Below, piece by piece: positions 24,599 through 40,399 of a stretch of 64,000 nt of DNA. Source of the DNA: Octopus vulgaris (Eukaryota); NCBI GenBank assembly GCA_951406725.2, contig OX597826.1, forward strand, positions 66,774,001 to 66,838,000, in the 5' to 3' direction. The position numbers and the translations under genes were made by a program. The notes under the pieces were generated by a model. It searched no databases. It saw only the letters and a list, made by a program, of their open reading frames with translations, and was not told where the DNA came from. Within the stretch, counting starts at the first letter, position 1. Every line of letters begins with the position of its first letter.

Positions 24599-24822
24599 TT
24601 AAAGCCTTCCAGGCGGATTTAGTATTGAGAGTCTTTGCTCTGTGTCGGTATGCGGCGTTTCAGCAACTACATCATGTTTTCATACAAGGAATGTTACAGT
24701 GTATTAACAGATCCTTCTTGGTGTGGTATATTTGAAAACACGGCACCGCACAGAGAATCCCACTGCTTTCACACACAGTGATTCGATGCGGTCAGTACTG
24801 CTTCCCATCTGCAAGGGGTTAA
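24599..24822. mobile_element. Possible decayed piggyBac-type MITE
   Basis: TTAA at both ends, right end GCAAGGGG|TTAA, and loose inverted similarity to the left end (CCTT.CAG..GG....AGTA.TGA). Confidence 0.3.
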
Positions 24823-25659
24823 AGAATTTACAACAGATCGAGCAAAGGACAATATTAAAGAATTTACACTGGCATTGGATATTTAATGATGAGAAGTGCC
24901 ATGGTTTCTTCTCTCGATTCTACGTATAAAATTAGCAAAGTTTCTCGTGTATAATTATTTAATTTCAGAGATGGTTTTGCTAGACGCTACGTCCAAGCTA
25001 AAAAGTGAATTGTACGGAACTTTTTTTGCAGTTGCGTTGTATTTTAAGTAAGAATAATATTATTGACTTTTGTCATGGAAAGGTTAAAAGATGCTTGATG
25101 CATAGAAATATTAGATATGCCTCTGCAAATATTGATAACTAACATTTGAAATCTATAGAAGGCTGATTCGAATTATTGGAATATATATACGTATGTATAA
25201 TTACACACGTACACACTCACACACACAGACATACAGAGACAAACACTGTCTCTCTCTCTTTATTTCTCAAACACACAAACACACACACACACAAACACAG
25301 ACACACAGTCACACACATTAGGTTCTTATAGGGTTTCCTACATGTAGAAGTTTTTGAATGTTTACTTCAGAGAAATTAACTTCAGAGAAAGTTCAAGATT
25401 TATATTCCTATCAAAGCACATTTTAAGCAACATCATAACTACACACTACTGCAATAAATAACCAATGTATCTGATCCCGGTACAGTCATCATAATATAAT
25501 ACAGATTTCCTAACCTGTATTACAATTCTTCACAACAGCCATGATGTTGGTTTCAATAAGATGGGGATAAAGTATCTTCCGAACTAGTCTTTTTATGAAA
25601 AAGAGGTGAAGACAATATTAATAAAATCAATAATTTTGTATGGTATTTTATATACCTGT

Positions 25660-25900
25660 ATTTGACTTTGTTGTCCAAATAGATGTCATTGACCATGTTT
25701 AAATTTATATAAATTACTTAGGCCCTGCATATATTCTTCTCTCTTTTGTAAGTCTAAGTCTGTTGGTTCCTGGATAATTGTCATGCAGATAACGTCTATT
25801 GAGGAAGAAACACATGTCCTCGACCCTAGACAAGAAGCCCTTCCTCTTCCCTGAATAATTCTTGACTCTCAAGATGATCTCACCTTTACATATGGAGCTG
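25660..25900 (-). pseudogene. Possible Ty3/Gypsy pol relic (pre-integrase and zinc-binding region)
   Basis: Pieces EEGLLV*GRGHVFLPQ and YLHDNYPGTNRLRL resemble GLLxWGxRVxIP...LHxxHPGxxRM; heavily decayed. Confidence 0.3.
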
Positions 25901-26131
25901 ATCTTAATTGGTATTTGGTAATTGAAACATTTTCTCTAATAGGAAGGATAATTCTAAAGAATCAAAAGTTTATGTTGTATGGTACTCCATACCCGGATGT
26001 CTCTTTCTTTCTTTCCTTCTTTCTTTCTTTCTTCGTTCTTTCTTTCCGCCTTTCTTTCTGTCTTTCTGTCTTTCTTTCTCTCCCCTTTCTCTCCCTTCTC
26101 TCTCCTCACACATATGTATAAAGCTAAGTAT

Positions 26132-26221
<90 letters not shown>

Positions 26222-26742
26222 GTGTGTGTGTATGTGTACATATATAAGTAATCTCCACAGTAATCTTCCACTTTACTAGAATGAAGAACATCTCGGAATA
26301 ACGAGACTAAAACATCAAAAATTTAAAAACCAGCAAAACGAATTTCCATCATCAGCAGTCAAACAAATATCACAATAGTTTTGACACCTGGGCAGTACGA
26401 ACACACACACACACATACACACACGTGCACACACACACACATACATACATACGTATATATGGGTGTGTGGGGGAGTGCGTGTGTGTATTTAGAGATAGAG
26501 AGAGTGAGAGGAAAAAGGCACATATACGCCAACAAAATCTTACACACGAGATGCTATCTATCTTCTGATGAACAGCAGTGCAGGATTATTTAAGTTTTAG
26601 TGCTAAGCTTGCAGTTCCTGATTGAGGTATAGTGTTTGATTGGTAAACGTGTTGCAGTTTATGGTTTAGATTTAAGGCTAAACCTTAACGCCACTTTCTC
26701 TGTGTCTATCTTTGAACGTATGCATATGGGTATATCTGTATC

Positions 26743-26816
<74 letters not shown>

Positions 26817-26819
26817 ATA

Positions 26820-26872
<53 letters not shown>

Positions 26873-26891
26873 GTATGTATGTATGTATTTA

Positions 26892-26957
<66 letters not shown>

Positions 26958-27162
26958 TATAGATATATATAAGTCATTATGTAATTATTTGGGCTTTGGG
27001 TGTATGGTTAGTTGTATGCCGATTAAAGTACTGTGATTCTCTGTCATTCTTGGAAAACGCCTATAATGGAAAACAGCAGCGGATACTCCATATATCCAAA
27101 TACAAAATCCGAAGTGTCCATAGACATGTGTGTAAGCACGCTCATAAATAGACATTTCCTCT

Positions 27163-27226
<64 letters not shown>

Positions 27227-27884
27227 GTGTGCGTATATGTATGTATATACATATATATGTATTCATGTGTGTATGTATTGTATGTATGTATTGTATGTAT
27301 GTATGTGTGTATGTATGTATGTGTGTATGTATGTAGGTATATATTTATACATATATAGAGAGAGAGACAGATAGATAGATGTACCGATAGATATACCGAT
27401 ACATACATACATACGTAGATACACGTGTGCCTACATGCACACATATATACAAGCATACATACGTACATACATACAAAAAGGCAGACGCACAGACTCGCAG
27501 ACAGAAACAGATTTAAAATGGGAAATATGGTTTCGTTTGAGCACAAAGGCTAAAAATTACATTTACTGATACCTTACCAGAGTTACCCATACAATTACAT
27601 ACGTACAGAATCATAAACACATACACACGCACGCACACACGCCATAAACATACATGCACACCATATGCATGAACATGTATAAACACATACACAAGCGTCT
27701 ATACATGTATGGAGAGGCGTTGACACAAACGCATATGATAAGGTGTAATTGTACACATTGTAATGGGTTTCCCAGAGAGGTTATGACTTGGCAGTTTAAC
27801 GGATCTTATGCCCAACAGACGTATCCCGCTTTGGTGTGCGCACCAAAACATTCACGGACTAACAAATAAATACGCACATACACA

Positions 27885-27967
<83 letters not shown>

Positions 27968-28311
27968 ATATATAAATATATCTCGGTATATGTGTATGTC
28001 AATATATCATACTCAGATTCAGACAAACATACGCTAGCACAGGCGAACGTACAAATCGTTACACATACGCATAGACAGGGTCTTTCATGTATAAGACGAA
28101 CTAGTTGTTTCGAACATGCATATATACGTTTAAAATTCTGTAGATATATATGTGCATATATTAAATATATATAGAGAGATACATACATACATATATACAT
28201 ACATACATACATACATACATACATACATACATACATACACACACAAACACAGGCGCGCACAAACACACACACAGCTTGATTCACAAAGGCATGATTAAGT
28301 CCAGTTAAGTC

Positions 28312-28411
28312 GCACTGCATAGTACCTTGGGCAGGTGTCTTCCATTATAGCCTTGGGCTGACCAAATCATTGAGAGAGGGTTTGGTAGACGGAAACTGAA
28401 AGAAGATGGTC

Positions 28412-28445
<34 letters not shown>

Positions 28446-28580
28446 GTAGGTGCAGGAGTGGCTTACTAACCACACGATTCCAAGTTCAGTCCCACTGCGT
28501 GGAACCTTGGGCAAGTGTCTTCTGCTATATCCTCGTGCCGACCAAAACCTTGTCGTATATATATATACACGCACACATGC

Positions 28581-28648
<68 letters not shown>

Positions 28649-28830
28649 TTGTATGTCTGTATTTGTGCCCCCACCATCGCTTGACAACCGATTTTGGTGT
28701 GTTTACGGCCCCTTAACTCAGAGTTTCGGCCAAAATGAACGATAGTATAAGTACTAGGCTTACAAAGAATCGATTTGTCAAATGGAATCGATTTGTCAAA
28801 TGACTTAAACAAATAAATGAATAAAAGAAT
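28312..28830 (+). mobile_element. SINE B fragments (about 28312-28412 and 28446-28830)
   Basis: CCTTGGGCA(A/G)GTGTCTTC core occurs twice; 18-bp tandem duplication GAATCGATTTGTCAAATG near 28767-28802. Confidence 0.85.
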
Positions 28831-29338
28831 AAATGAATACGTATGTGTCTGACTTTGTGTTTCTCTCTGTGCCCATCACTCTTGAAAAACTACCCGTTTA
28901 CGCAGTTTGCGATAAAGGGCCGATAGGATAACAACTAGACTTATTTAAAAATAAATTTACTGTAGCGAATTGTTGGTCCAAAACCTTTCAAAGCTGTGCC
29001 CCATCTCGGTTGCTGTCCAATGATTGAAACAAGTAAATGATAATAGATCAAAGAAGTATGTATGCATGTGTATGAAGGCATGTATGTATGCATGTGGGAA
29101 TGTACATGTGTGTGTGTGTGAATCTGTAAGCGTGCATGTGTGTGTGTCAGCGTGCATTTACAGCGTATATCTGAGGTCTCATATGATCCCGAAAGACGAC
29201 CCTCGTCAACCGTATAATTAGCGACATAAAGGTCAGGAATTGATATCACTCCGTTGAACAGTTGAAACTGGGTCTCCTCTGAAGCTCCGATGTTATTAAG
29301 CCAAGGGAGACATCGATACGCGCACACACACACGCACG

Positions 29339-29402
<64 letters not shown>

Positions 29403-29527
29403 TACACAGAAGCACAAACACACACGATATACAGACATACAGAACGTGAAAGGAAGAGAGAGAGAAATTTTAAACATTCTTTCTCATATAACTTTACGGA
29501 TAAACGTAAACACCGACACAAACATTC

Positions 29528-29575
<48 letters not shown>

Positions 29576-29815
29576 ATACATAAGTACACACGTACATATG
29601 AATACATATTCACATAAATGTATGTATATATATATATATACATATACACATGTGTATCTATATAGCGTTTTAATTTTCACGATTTATTTCACATTTATAT
29701 CGCATTTCACAGTTGCAAAATTCTTACGTTGTAAACAAAACACGCACACACACATGCACACACACACACATTTATATATTTACACACACATATATGCATA
29801 CATACATTTCTGTAC

Positions 29816-29879
<64 letters not shown>

Positions 29880-29890
29880 GTCTGTCTATC

Positions 29891-29990
<100 letters not shown>

Positions 29991-30069
29991 ATCTATCTAT
30001 CTATTTATCTATCTATCTAGCTTTCTCCTTTTTTTATTTATTTATTTATTTTTTGTTCTTTTTATCCCT

Positions 30070-30218
30070 TTTACGATCCCTTTTGATCGAAAACCTACGC
30101 CACTTTTTTTTTGTTTCTTTTGTTTTTTGTTTTTTGTTTTTTTCATCCCCCAAAAGAAAAGCTCTACCTTGTAACTTATCCCATCTGTGTGCAGCCCTGT
30201 GTGGCCAATAAAGAAACT
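30070..30218 (+). mobile_element. LINE-like 3' end (same family as 36105-36398)
   Basis: TTACGATCC.TTTTGATCGAAA...CAGCCCTGTGTGGCCAATAAAGAAAC; lies within TATC/TAGC repeats. Confidence 0.7.
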
Positions 30219-30253
30219 TATCTAGCTAGCTAGCTAAACATAGCGCATGTAGC

Positions 30254-30283
30254 ATAAATTTGCGTCAACTGACGCAAATTTAT
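30254..30283. repeat. Palindrome with 14-bp arms and 2-nt spacer
   Basis: ATAAATTTGCGTCA ac TGACGCAAATTTAT. Confidence 0.9.
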
Positions 30284-30839
30284 AATGTAATAGGTATGTT
30301 CTATCAGTGTTCATTTTGGTTTATCACCAAAACTCCGTTTAAAATGCAACCCAAAAATGTGCTGCCGAGCTGAATTCGCCAATCAAAGGTGACTAAAAAT
30401 GTTTTAACTCGCTCAATGCTTTATATATATATGTATATATATATACACACATGTATATTTCCATGATTAAACAAAGAAACAACAAATAGAAATATGACAT
30501 GCCTATATATATATCTGAATTGTGTAGTAAATAAACAAGCGAAAATGTACTAAATACACAGGTGAACAGAAAAGACAGTTCACCAACTCCTCATTAGTTA
30601 CCGCCCAGAAGGTTGAACGCATTTTATATATTTATATTGTATGTACACACACACACACGCACACACACACACATACACACACATACATATGCTTTTGTAT
30701 GTGTGTGTGTGTGCATGTGTGTGTGTCTGTCCGTGGTGTGTGTGCGTGTGCGTGTGGTGTGTGTGTGTGTATTTGTAATATCCAAATTATATAATTGAAA
30801 CAGTTTCATATAATAAGGATTATATTAACACAACATTCT

Positions 30840-31080
30840 TAGCACCCGCGCGTTGTTCCATCACAAGAAGGTGCGGTTTTCTGTTCGTGGAAAATCCATT
30901 TACGGACGTATATTGTTAAAAAAAAAAACACAAATATACTTCAGAGTTAGGCGAAACGAAATTGTCCCGGAGGTGATCCCAATAGCTACAAATACAGCAT
31001 TTCACTGTAGTTGCAGCTTATCAATGCTGCACACTATCATCACATCGGAAACGAAAACGAGATCGCTAGCCCGAAGTATA
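30840..31080 (-). pseudogene. Possible Tc1/IS630-like transposase relic
   Basis: NSEVYLCFF...KPHLLVM(D)NARV with one frameshift resembles the NxxxFxxF...LVMDNARxH catalytic region. Confidence 0.3.
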
Positions 31081-32222
31081 TACAAACAATGTATAAATCG
31101 TTTGCCGATTTGCAATGGCGACGCATAACATTGAACAAATTCAATTTATTCAATAATTGTAAACCTCATATCTCAGGCTCTCTTACACTACGCTAACCCT
31201 ATGAATTAGAGACCGTTTGGAGACCATCCTGTTGCCTCCGTAATTCCTTGTCTCTACTGAATATAATTTAATCTTTTCGTCCTTTTCTCTTGCCAGCTAT
31301 AGTAGTCCCTGATTGAGGGCTACTTCTATGCCCCCTATGACCTTCTCTTTATCTTACCCTTTCATCCACTCTTACCATTTATCAGCTCTGCTATTGCAAA
31401 TCAATCCCCACCCGATTTCATCCTAATAACCATTTACGTAATCCTTCTGTTCCTTCCTACCCCGCGGCCATCTTAATCTTTTTATGTCCTCGCTACCTCT
31501 TCTAATTCATGTTTGGTCACCAGAGCAAATATGCAAATTTACGGTTAATTATTACTTTTGGATCCATTTCTGAGCCTGCTATTAGAATCCCTTTCCGATG
31601 TCTCTATGGATGGTACCAAAAAAATCTGCCCTCTATACAGAGTGGTTGCCAAAGGAGAAGCGAAAGCGCTAAGACCTTTATTCAATTTCTAAAGTGGTGG
31701 TGCCACGAAAAACTTACTCACAAAACCCTGTAAAATGGTTGGTGATGAGAAAAGCACCCAGTCATTGGAAACAAGCCAAATCACATGAGCAAGCATCAGA
31801 CTATGGAAACAGCAGCAAGAATTTTAAATTATACTAAAATATATTTTACATATTGCAGACATTATCTGACGTAGAACTCAATATGTTGGATAGAGCAGAT
31901 AGATATGTTTATTACATAAAAAAATTGACAGTTTACTCTGAGATTGGCTCCAAGCTGGGCTGTTCGTGTCAACTTTTGATATATAATAAACACAAACACA
32001 CAACCGTACGCACGCGCACTAACACACAAGTGTGTTACTGTGTGCATAAAACTTGATATTACGTGTAGTATATATATATATATATATATATACAATGTTA
32101 TACAATGAGATTTTATAACGCTAAACCTCGTATATTGCGCAATCTCATATATCTCTAGCTTGAGGATACGTTCCTACGTATTATGAGAAATAATTACATA
32201 TGTATGTGTGTATATATATATG

Positions 32223-32316
<94 letters not shown>

Positions 32317-32638
32317 CATACATATATATAGATATATATGTATATATATAGATATAGATATAGATAGATGAATAGATAGATAGTTAGATAGAGAGAGGGA
32401 TATATAGACAGATAGATATATCTATATATACACACATATATGTACGTATATATGCATACGTATGTGGGTTTATGGATATCAAAATATATATATATACATG
32501 CATACATATGCATACATACATATATATATATCTATACATATATATACATGCATACATATGCATACATACATATATATATATATATATACATATATATACA
32601 CACACATATGAACATATATATATATATATATATGTATG

Positions 32639-32672
<34 letters not shown>

Positions 32673-33409
32673 TGTATGTATGTATGTATGTATGTATATG
32701 TGCAAGCGCGTGTGTATATGTTTGTGTACTAACACCCGCACATACTCATTTGAAATCAATACTTAGAAGTTTGCATTATAATACTTTAGAAGTTGTATCT
32801 GCTGACTAATATTGGTTAGACGCACACACACACACATACACGCACAAACACTCCCCCACCACACACACACTTATACACATGCACACATTATCATAGATTA
32901 TCTGAATCGCAGAAACACATTCAGAAGGAACGTATTAAAATCACACTCATACGCATAACCACAGGCGCGCACACTCTCTCGTACACATATTGACAAGCGC
33001 AGACGTTTAACCTTACACAGACTCAAATACACCATGCATACAGAGACACACGCATAGACATATACAGAGATTCTGAAGTGCCTCTGCTCTCTCATCTACC
33101 CAGACATCGTCTCCCACTCACACACACACATGTATATATATATATTGGCTGTGCATAATACATACAAATACTTATGTACTATTACTGTTATTTCTCTATA
33201 CTCCTTAGAGGTTTAAATTCTCCTCAATACGTAGTAATAAGTTGGCACATACAGGCATACGATCATACGTACATATACAAGTATCCAACTCCGCATGTAT
33301 GCGAATGTATATATAGATAAATACATATGTGTGTGTGTGTGTGCACAGGTATATTTATATATATGCATAAATATATGTATGTGTGTATGTATGTAGATAT
33401 ACATGTATG

Positions 33410-33455
<46 letters not shown>

Positions 33456-34543
33456 AACACATATACATATGCATGTATATATAATATAATATATGATATA
33501 CAGTAGAATGTACCCATTTATTAATTCTGTTTCTCATCTCAATGTTTGTCGATGGTATGTGTACAAAACCACTTATTCATAAAATTGCATGTACATACAT
33601 TCATACATAACTACATACATACTTACAAATATACAAAAAAAAATATGTATATGTGTATATATATGTGTTTGTGCGTACTTGTACACAGACGTATTTATAT
33701 TACATATACGCAGAATATATACATAGATATATACTTATACATACATGCATACATACACAATCATGTATACATATATATATATATGTATATACATGCTTAG
33801 CTAAACTTATATTTATGAGAAAAATAAATTCGCATATATACGTACGCGTGGTGCGCTCACACACACATTTATGTACTTAACAGCAGAGACAAAAATCCTG
33901 CTGCGTTTGATAATAGGTGTAATTTTCGTAACACGACATATTGTAACCAAATTTTAGAAGTCTGTGTAATATATCCCATTATAAGATAAACTATGCAATA
34001 AGCAGTTATATTTGTCTGTTTAATTCCCGAATAAAGATGTTGTGTGTCTCTATAGCACTATGTCTAACGTACTTTTTCCTAATTCCTTTGTATTAGTTCG
34101 TTCGACCATCAGACAATGAACTGTCTATTGGATTTAACAATTTTTTTAAAGCTGAAGATCGGTTTAGTTTTAATCAAGATATGTGGCTTTTGATGTTTCT
34201 TTATATATTATCCGAAAAATCACGTGAAGCGTCCATGACCTACGTAGGTCCTATACATTCGATGCTTTTTTTCCCCAAGGAATCTAATGCTCTTAGCTTT
34301 TTCTTGGGGCTGACCAGATTGGAGTAATCTCAAGATTAATCAGCCGAAATTGCGAAGATGATCCAGTTCTTGACTGACGATTAAAGGTTTGGAATTACCC
34401 GTCCATGTTTTTTGTATCGTCTATCTGGATGTTTTGCTGTCCCTTTTTTGTATCACCTAGATGTCCGGATGTTTTGCGTTCTTGTCCCATTTTGTATTTT
34501 TATATATATATATGTATAGCGGCGTACGTACACTTTGTTCTCT

Positions 34544-34575
<32 letters not shown>

Positions 34576-34659
34576 CACGGTAGTGCTCCGGCATGACCGC
34601 AGCTACATGGCTGAAACGTATAAGAGTATATATATATGTATATATATATTAATTATTTT

Positions 34660-35080
34660 GGCGCACGCGTAGCTGTGTGGTAAGAAGCTTGCTTCCTTCA
34701 CCATATGGTTCCTCATCAGTCCCACTGCATGGTACCTTCGACAAGTGTCTTCTACTACAACCGCGGGCCGACAAAAACCATGCATGTGTATTTGGCAGAC
34801 GGAAACTGAAAGAAGCCCGTCGTGTATACACACACACACATTTATATCTATAATATATGTGTGTTTGTGTGTGTCTGGGTCTGTAATTGTCCCCGCCACC
34901 GCTTGATAACCGGTGTTTGTGTGTTTACGACACCGTACATTAGCGGGTGGGTAAAACAGATCAATAGGATAAGTACCAGGATTTTTAAAAATAAATACTG
35001 GGGTCGATTGGGTCGGCTAAAATAATTCAAGGCGGTGCTACAGCATGGCCACAGTCTAATGACTGAAACATGTAAAAATA
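34660..35080 (+). mobile_element. SINE B, full length (diverged)
   Basis: Collinear with 14299-14714. Confidence 0.9.
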
Positions 35081-35113
35081 CATACAGACATACATATATA
35101 TATACATATATAA

Positions 35114-35150
<37 letters not shown>

Positions 35151-35479
35151 AGCATGTATATTTATATATACAATGTATTTATTATGGTAGTTTTCGACTT
35201 TAAGAGTCCCTCCTAGAGTGGGGCATCTATGAATAGTAATGTCCTTAATATATTTAAAAGGAATAATTAACCAATTTTTCCCTTATAAGGTTTTTGAGGT
35301 TTTTCATACTAACTACTTGATAAATTCTTATAAAGATTTTATCCCATTTAAAAATTTTATATATATATATATGAATGTATGTTCCTTGCATATTTTCTCA
35401 TATGTATAAATGCTCTTTCCTAGTGTGAGAGCTTAAACGACTTTTGAACCGTGAAAATGCGTTTGATGAGCTGATCTCA

Positions 35480-35920
35480 TATACTGAAGCAATGTCTCGT
35501 TTCAACATTGACTCCATTTTCTACTTGTTTATTATGAATGTTCATATACGATCTTATACCAGCATGAGATTTGCATAAGTTTGTACATAAAGAACAATCA
35601 AAGAACGAATGAAAAACCCTCGCAAAATTCTTACAAAATTCTCTTTTCATTTCACCATGCTTAACTCTCTCAAGCGCAAAATCTTTAACACCGCTCCAAA
35701 TCGTAGCTCTCCACGCTAACCGATCAGCCGCAAGTGACTCAAGACTGTTGTAATACAATTTAAGGGATTTTCACAGCGGATTTTAGGGGCTTTGTATCGT
35801 ATCTTCGGCTTATTATTTTTTTCTTTTTCACTGCATGGATCACCATAAAGTATTTGATTGGAAATGCGCTCAGCATCCACACGAATGAGCTAGCTAGTCC
35901 ATCGTAGATTCTTGTTTTTA
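35480..35920 (-). pseudogene. RTE (BovB-like) LINE ORF C-terminal relic
   Basis: NLRWTS*LIRVDAERISNQILYGD..KPKIRYK followed by ESLAADRLAWRATIWSGVKDF...CSLCTNLCKSHAGIRSY, the RTE thumb, AxDRxxWR and terminal zinc-finger pattern. Confidence 0.8.
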
Positions 35921-36104
35921 TATATTATACGTCACTATCATTTTATCTTTATTTTTATATTTTCTTGCACACAGACACACAACAAACACGCACATCTTTC
36001 TCTCTGTCTGTCTATGTATGTATGTATGTAGGTATGAATGTATCTATCTATCTATCCATTCCTCCACCCAATCGCCTATCCACCCACCCACCCATCCATA
36101 TAAC

Positions 36105-36398
36105 ATGTGACTTCATTGACCGAGATTACCGTGGTCTTTTCTGTAGGCTTTTCTTTCCACGGGTAAACCTCACCTGTCTTCTCCTTTACACTTTACATTG
36201 ACATTTCAGTGATAACGATCCATATTGATCGATTTTTTCTTTTCCCTTTCCTATTTTTTTTTTTGTTTTTCTCTTTCTTTCCATTTACGATCCATTTTGA
36301 TCGAAAACCAACCCACCCTTTTTTATCTCCAAAAAGAAAAGCTCTATCTTGTAATTTGTCCCGTCTGTGTGCAGCCCTGTGTGGCTAATAAAGAAACA
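36105..36398 (+). mobile_element. LINE-like 3' UTR with AATAAA and (TATC)n tail
   Basis: Ends GTAATTTGTCCCGTCTGTGTGCAGCCCTGTGTGGCTAATAAAGAAAC, then (TATC)n; second copy at 30070. Confidence 0.7.
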
Positions 36399-36489
<91 letters not shown>

Positions 36490-37079
36490 AGTCAGTACGT
36501 GAAAGCAAAATATGCGTGGCACAAATAACAGTGTGTTGCGCTCGAATGGATGGGAACTTCTTCAGGAATTCAAGCCTCTCTGAACCGAAAGTTTGTTGTA
36601 CTAACAATCCTTATCGAGCTGTTATGAAGGTAGATACACAGACTCATCTTGACAGCTGTTTCGGGAAGATCATAACTTACACAATAACCACATTCGCACA
36701 TTCGTATGATGTCATAGATGTGTAACACACTGTGGGTTCGATGAAATTGTTTTAAAACGGGTTGGCTGACACTCCGCACCAGAAAAGTGGCGAATCCATA
36801 CTATATAGGAGAGTTTCACATATAAAGATCTAAAGGGAGTAGAATGGTGAAAGTGAGGTTCGAGTTAGCAGAGGGGTGTTTAAGTAGAAATGTGAGATGA
36901 AGACGTACCGCTCGTCTCATACGATATATGTTTGTGTACTTAGAACTGTATATCGGTACGAGAGGATTCCTTGAGAGGAATACCACAGTAGTCGGCGTTC
37001 TTATAACAGGCCAAAGCCACGTTTAGTAGGATATAAAGATTGCCATTAATAAATGTATATATTAGTGTGTGTGCATGTT

Positions 37080-37130
<51 letters not shown>

Positions 37131-37158
37131 ATATTATATACATACATATACATGCATA

Positions 37159-37207
<49 letters not shown>

Positions 37208-38010
37208 TTATATAAACATATATACAAAAGATATATATATATGTATATATACATATATAAATATTTCATCTGTATATGCATCCGTACATAGATATATGTG
37301 GATATATACATATCTATCTATCTATATATATATATATATATATGCAAATTTGTGAATAATTGTACGTAGGTATACATGTGCATGTCTATATATTTATGCA
37401 TATACGTATGTATATTATGTACATGCGTATATGACTATATATACATATACATTTATATATATATATACGTGCGTGTTTGTGTGTGTGAATGTGTGTGTAT
37501 ATGTGTACGTGTGTTGATGTGTCTGTATATATGTAAATGCCCACCAATGTTCTTTTTAAAAAGTGACGAAAACAATACAGACAAGAAATTAAAAAAAACA
37601 GGCCAGAAACAGAGGAAGAAGAAAAGAAAAAAAAAGAGAGAAACAAATGCTATAACAATAAACAGAAGAATGTGAAAGAAACAAAGAATGGAAAAATGAC
37701 GACGCCAAAATACAATATATTTTGGCGAATGGAATAAATCGATGAAAGTGCAAAGGAAATCGATCTGGACGACTCTGTGTTGAGTTTGTTATGTGTCGGT
37801 CTCTGTGGTGTGGATGTATTTGTGTATGGAGGCGAAGTTTGTACGTATGTCTCTGTGAGACATATATATATATATATATATATATATGCATACATACATA
37901 TGTGTGTATGTATATATATGTGTACATACATGAGTATGTATGGTTGTTTGTGTATATATATATATATATATATATATGTCAATTCCTATCCATCTAGATA
38001 AGATTTCGAC

Positions 38011-38073
38011 GGGTTCTGATGTTCTTGGGAAGACACTTATCAAACAAGTGTCTCTGGACGAAACTTTAAGCCC
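38011..38073 (+). ncRNA. Degenerate mini-hammerhead-like motif
   Basis: GGGTT-CTGATGT-...AGACACTT atcaaac AAGTGTCT...-GAAACTTTA-AGCCC; A9 is mutated. Confidence 0.45.
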
Positions 38074-38527
38074 TCGAGTCACTGTAGTAATAAGCTCATG
38101 CAATGAAAAATTATGTGGACACACACTCACACACATGCACACACATGCTTATATGTCTATATATATATATTAATAGCTACATACATATTTATATATATAT
38201 ATATATATATGTATATAGAAATATGTGTATATGTATACACACCCATTTAAGGACAGACATACGGCATATATATATATATGTATGTATGTATGTATGTATA
38301 TTTAATAAAAGCGTGTATATATATATATGTGCGTGTATATTTATTTATGTACATATTTTAGTATATATATATACACATTGTGTGTACACACATACATATA
38401 TATAGATATATTTATATATATATATATATACGTCTAAATACACACACATATATATTCATAGACATATACATATATGCATACACGCAGACTTGCATGCGCA
38501 TACATGAATACAAGCATAAAACACACA

Positions 38528-38575
<48 letters not shown>

Positions 38576-38782
38576 TATATATATATGCTCATACATGCAT
38601 TCGCATACATATATACTAGCTTTAATCCTTTCTGATTAGCCACTATTCATGTTTATGTCAAAATGGCGTACCCGTGGAATTTTATTTTATTTCATTTTCT
38701 TCATGTTTTTGATGACCTTTCTTTTCTTAGAAATAATTTCATCATGTTTTGCAGTTGTATGCGTGTAAGCATGTATGTATGA

Positions 38783-38813
<31 letters not shown>

Positions 38814-38910
38814 CGTATGTATGTATGTATGTATGTATGTATGTATGTATGTACGTATGTATATATGTATGGATATATGTAAGTGATTATGTGTTTGTGT
38901 GTGCTGCTAG

Positions 38911-39096
<186 letters not shown>

Positions 39097-39417
39097 TTTT
39101 TTTTTTATGTGATCGTTGTGTTTTGCAGAGTGGGTGAGTTGGATGACAGGTGGCGCTTCAATCCTTCGCCACCTTCATCTCTTGAAGATTTTCAATTCTG
39201 CCTCCGGTCGTTTTCTGTATTGTGTTTTCAGATTGTTCAATGTATCTGTTATTGTTGTTCTTGTTGATCTTGTTGTTGTTGTTGTTGTTGTTGTTGTCGG
39301 TGCGGTTCTTGTTGTTGTCGTTATTGACTTTGTTGCACACACAAAAGAAACTATTTTTATATAAGAATTTCTCACTTTCGCTTTCTCTGTCTCTCTCTCT
39401 CTCTTAGATACAAACAT

Positions 39418-39477
<60 letters not shown>

Positions 39478-39809
39478 ATACATACTATCACATACACACA
39501 TATACAGGTACACACACAATCACACAAGCACACACAAATGCATAAACGTACGAACACACACAGACACACACATACGCATACACAAATACACACACACATT
39601 CTTATACACCCACGATGCACACACACGCACTCAGACATCTGTATTGATATGTATGTGTATATATTAAATGAATGTATGCATGTATGTACATATGTGTGTA
39701 TGTATGTATGTATGTATGTATGTATGTATGTATGTATATAGCAATACATGTGTATATATGCATATACATGCTTACATATACATACGCATGCTTACATACA
39801 AATACATAC

Positions 39810-39861
<52 letters not shown>

Positions 39862-39913
39862 GCATGTACATACATGCATGCATAGAGATAAGATGATATG
39901 TATGTGTGTATAC

Positions 39914-39966
<53 letters not shown>

Positions 39967-40150
39967 AATGTATATGCATGCAGACACTTTCATGCAGACT
40001 AAGACATACACATGTATACAGAAAAGAAGAACATGTGTTTCCGTCAGTTGCGACGGTGTGTTCTCCATTGTTCGATGACTGGGCAGCCTACGCAATAGAT
40101 TATCTGTCGTACCTGTACGTATTTCGCTTGGAGAATTAGCGTGACACACA

Positions 40151-40195
<45 letters not shown>

Positions 40196-40348
40196 TCTGT
40201 CTGTCTGTCTCTCTTTCTTTCTCTCTCTTTCTCTTTCTTTCTCTCTCTCTCCCTCTCTCGGTTTATTTGCATATCTACATATATATATAAAACTATATCT
40301 ATACATATTATATATGTATATATATATATATATATATGTATATGTATG

Positions 40349-40394
<46 letters not shown>

Positions 40395-40399
<5 letters not shown>

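Noticed and set aside
24969-25004. Micro-exon (TTTCAG ... GTGAAT); similarly 2169-2230
   Set aside because: Weak donors and no recognisable peptide; expected by chance in AT-rich DNA.
35185-35220. Another hammerhead (minus strand GACT cttaa AGTC-GAAA)
   Set aside because: No CUGANGA core and no convincing stem I.
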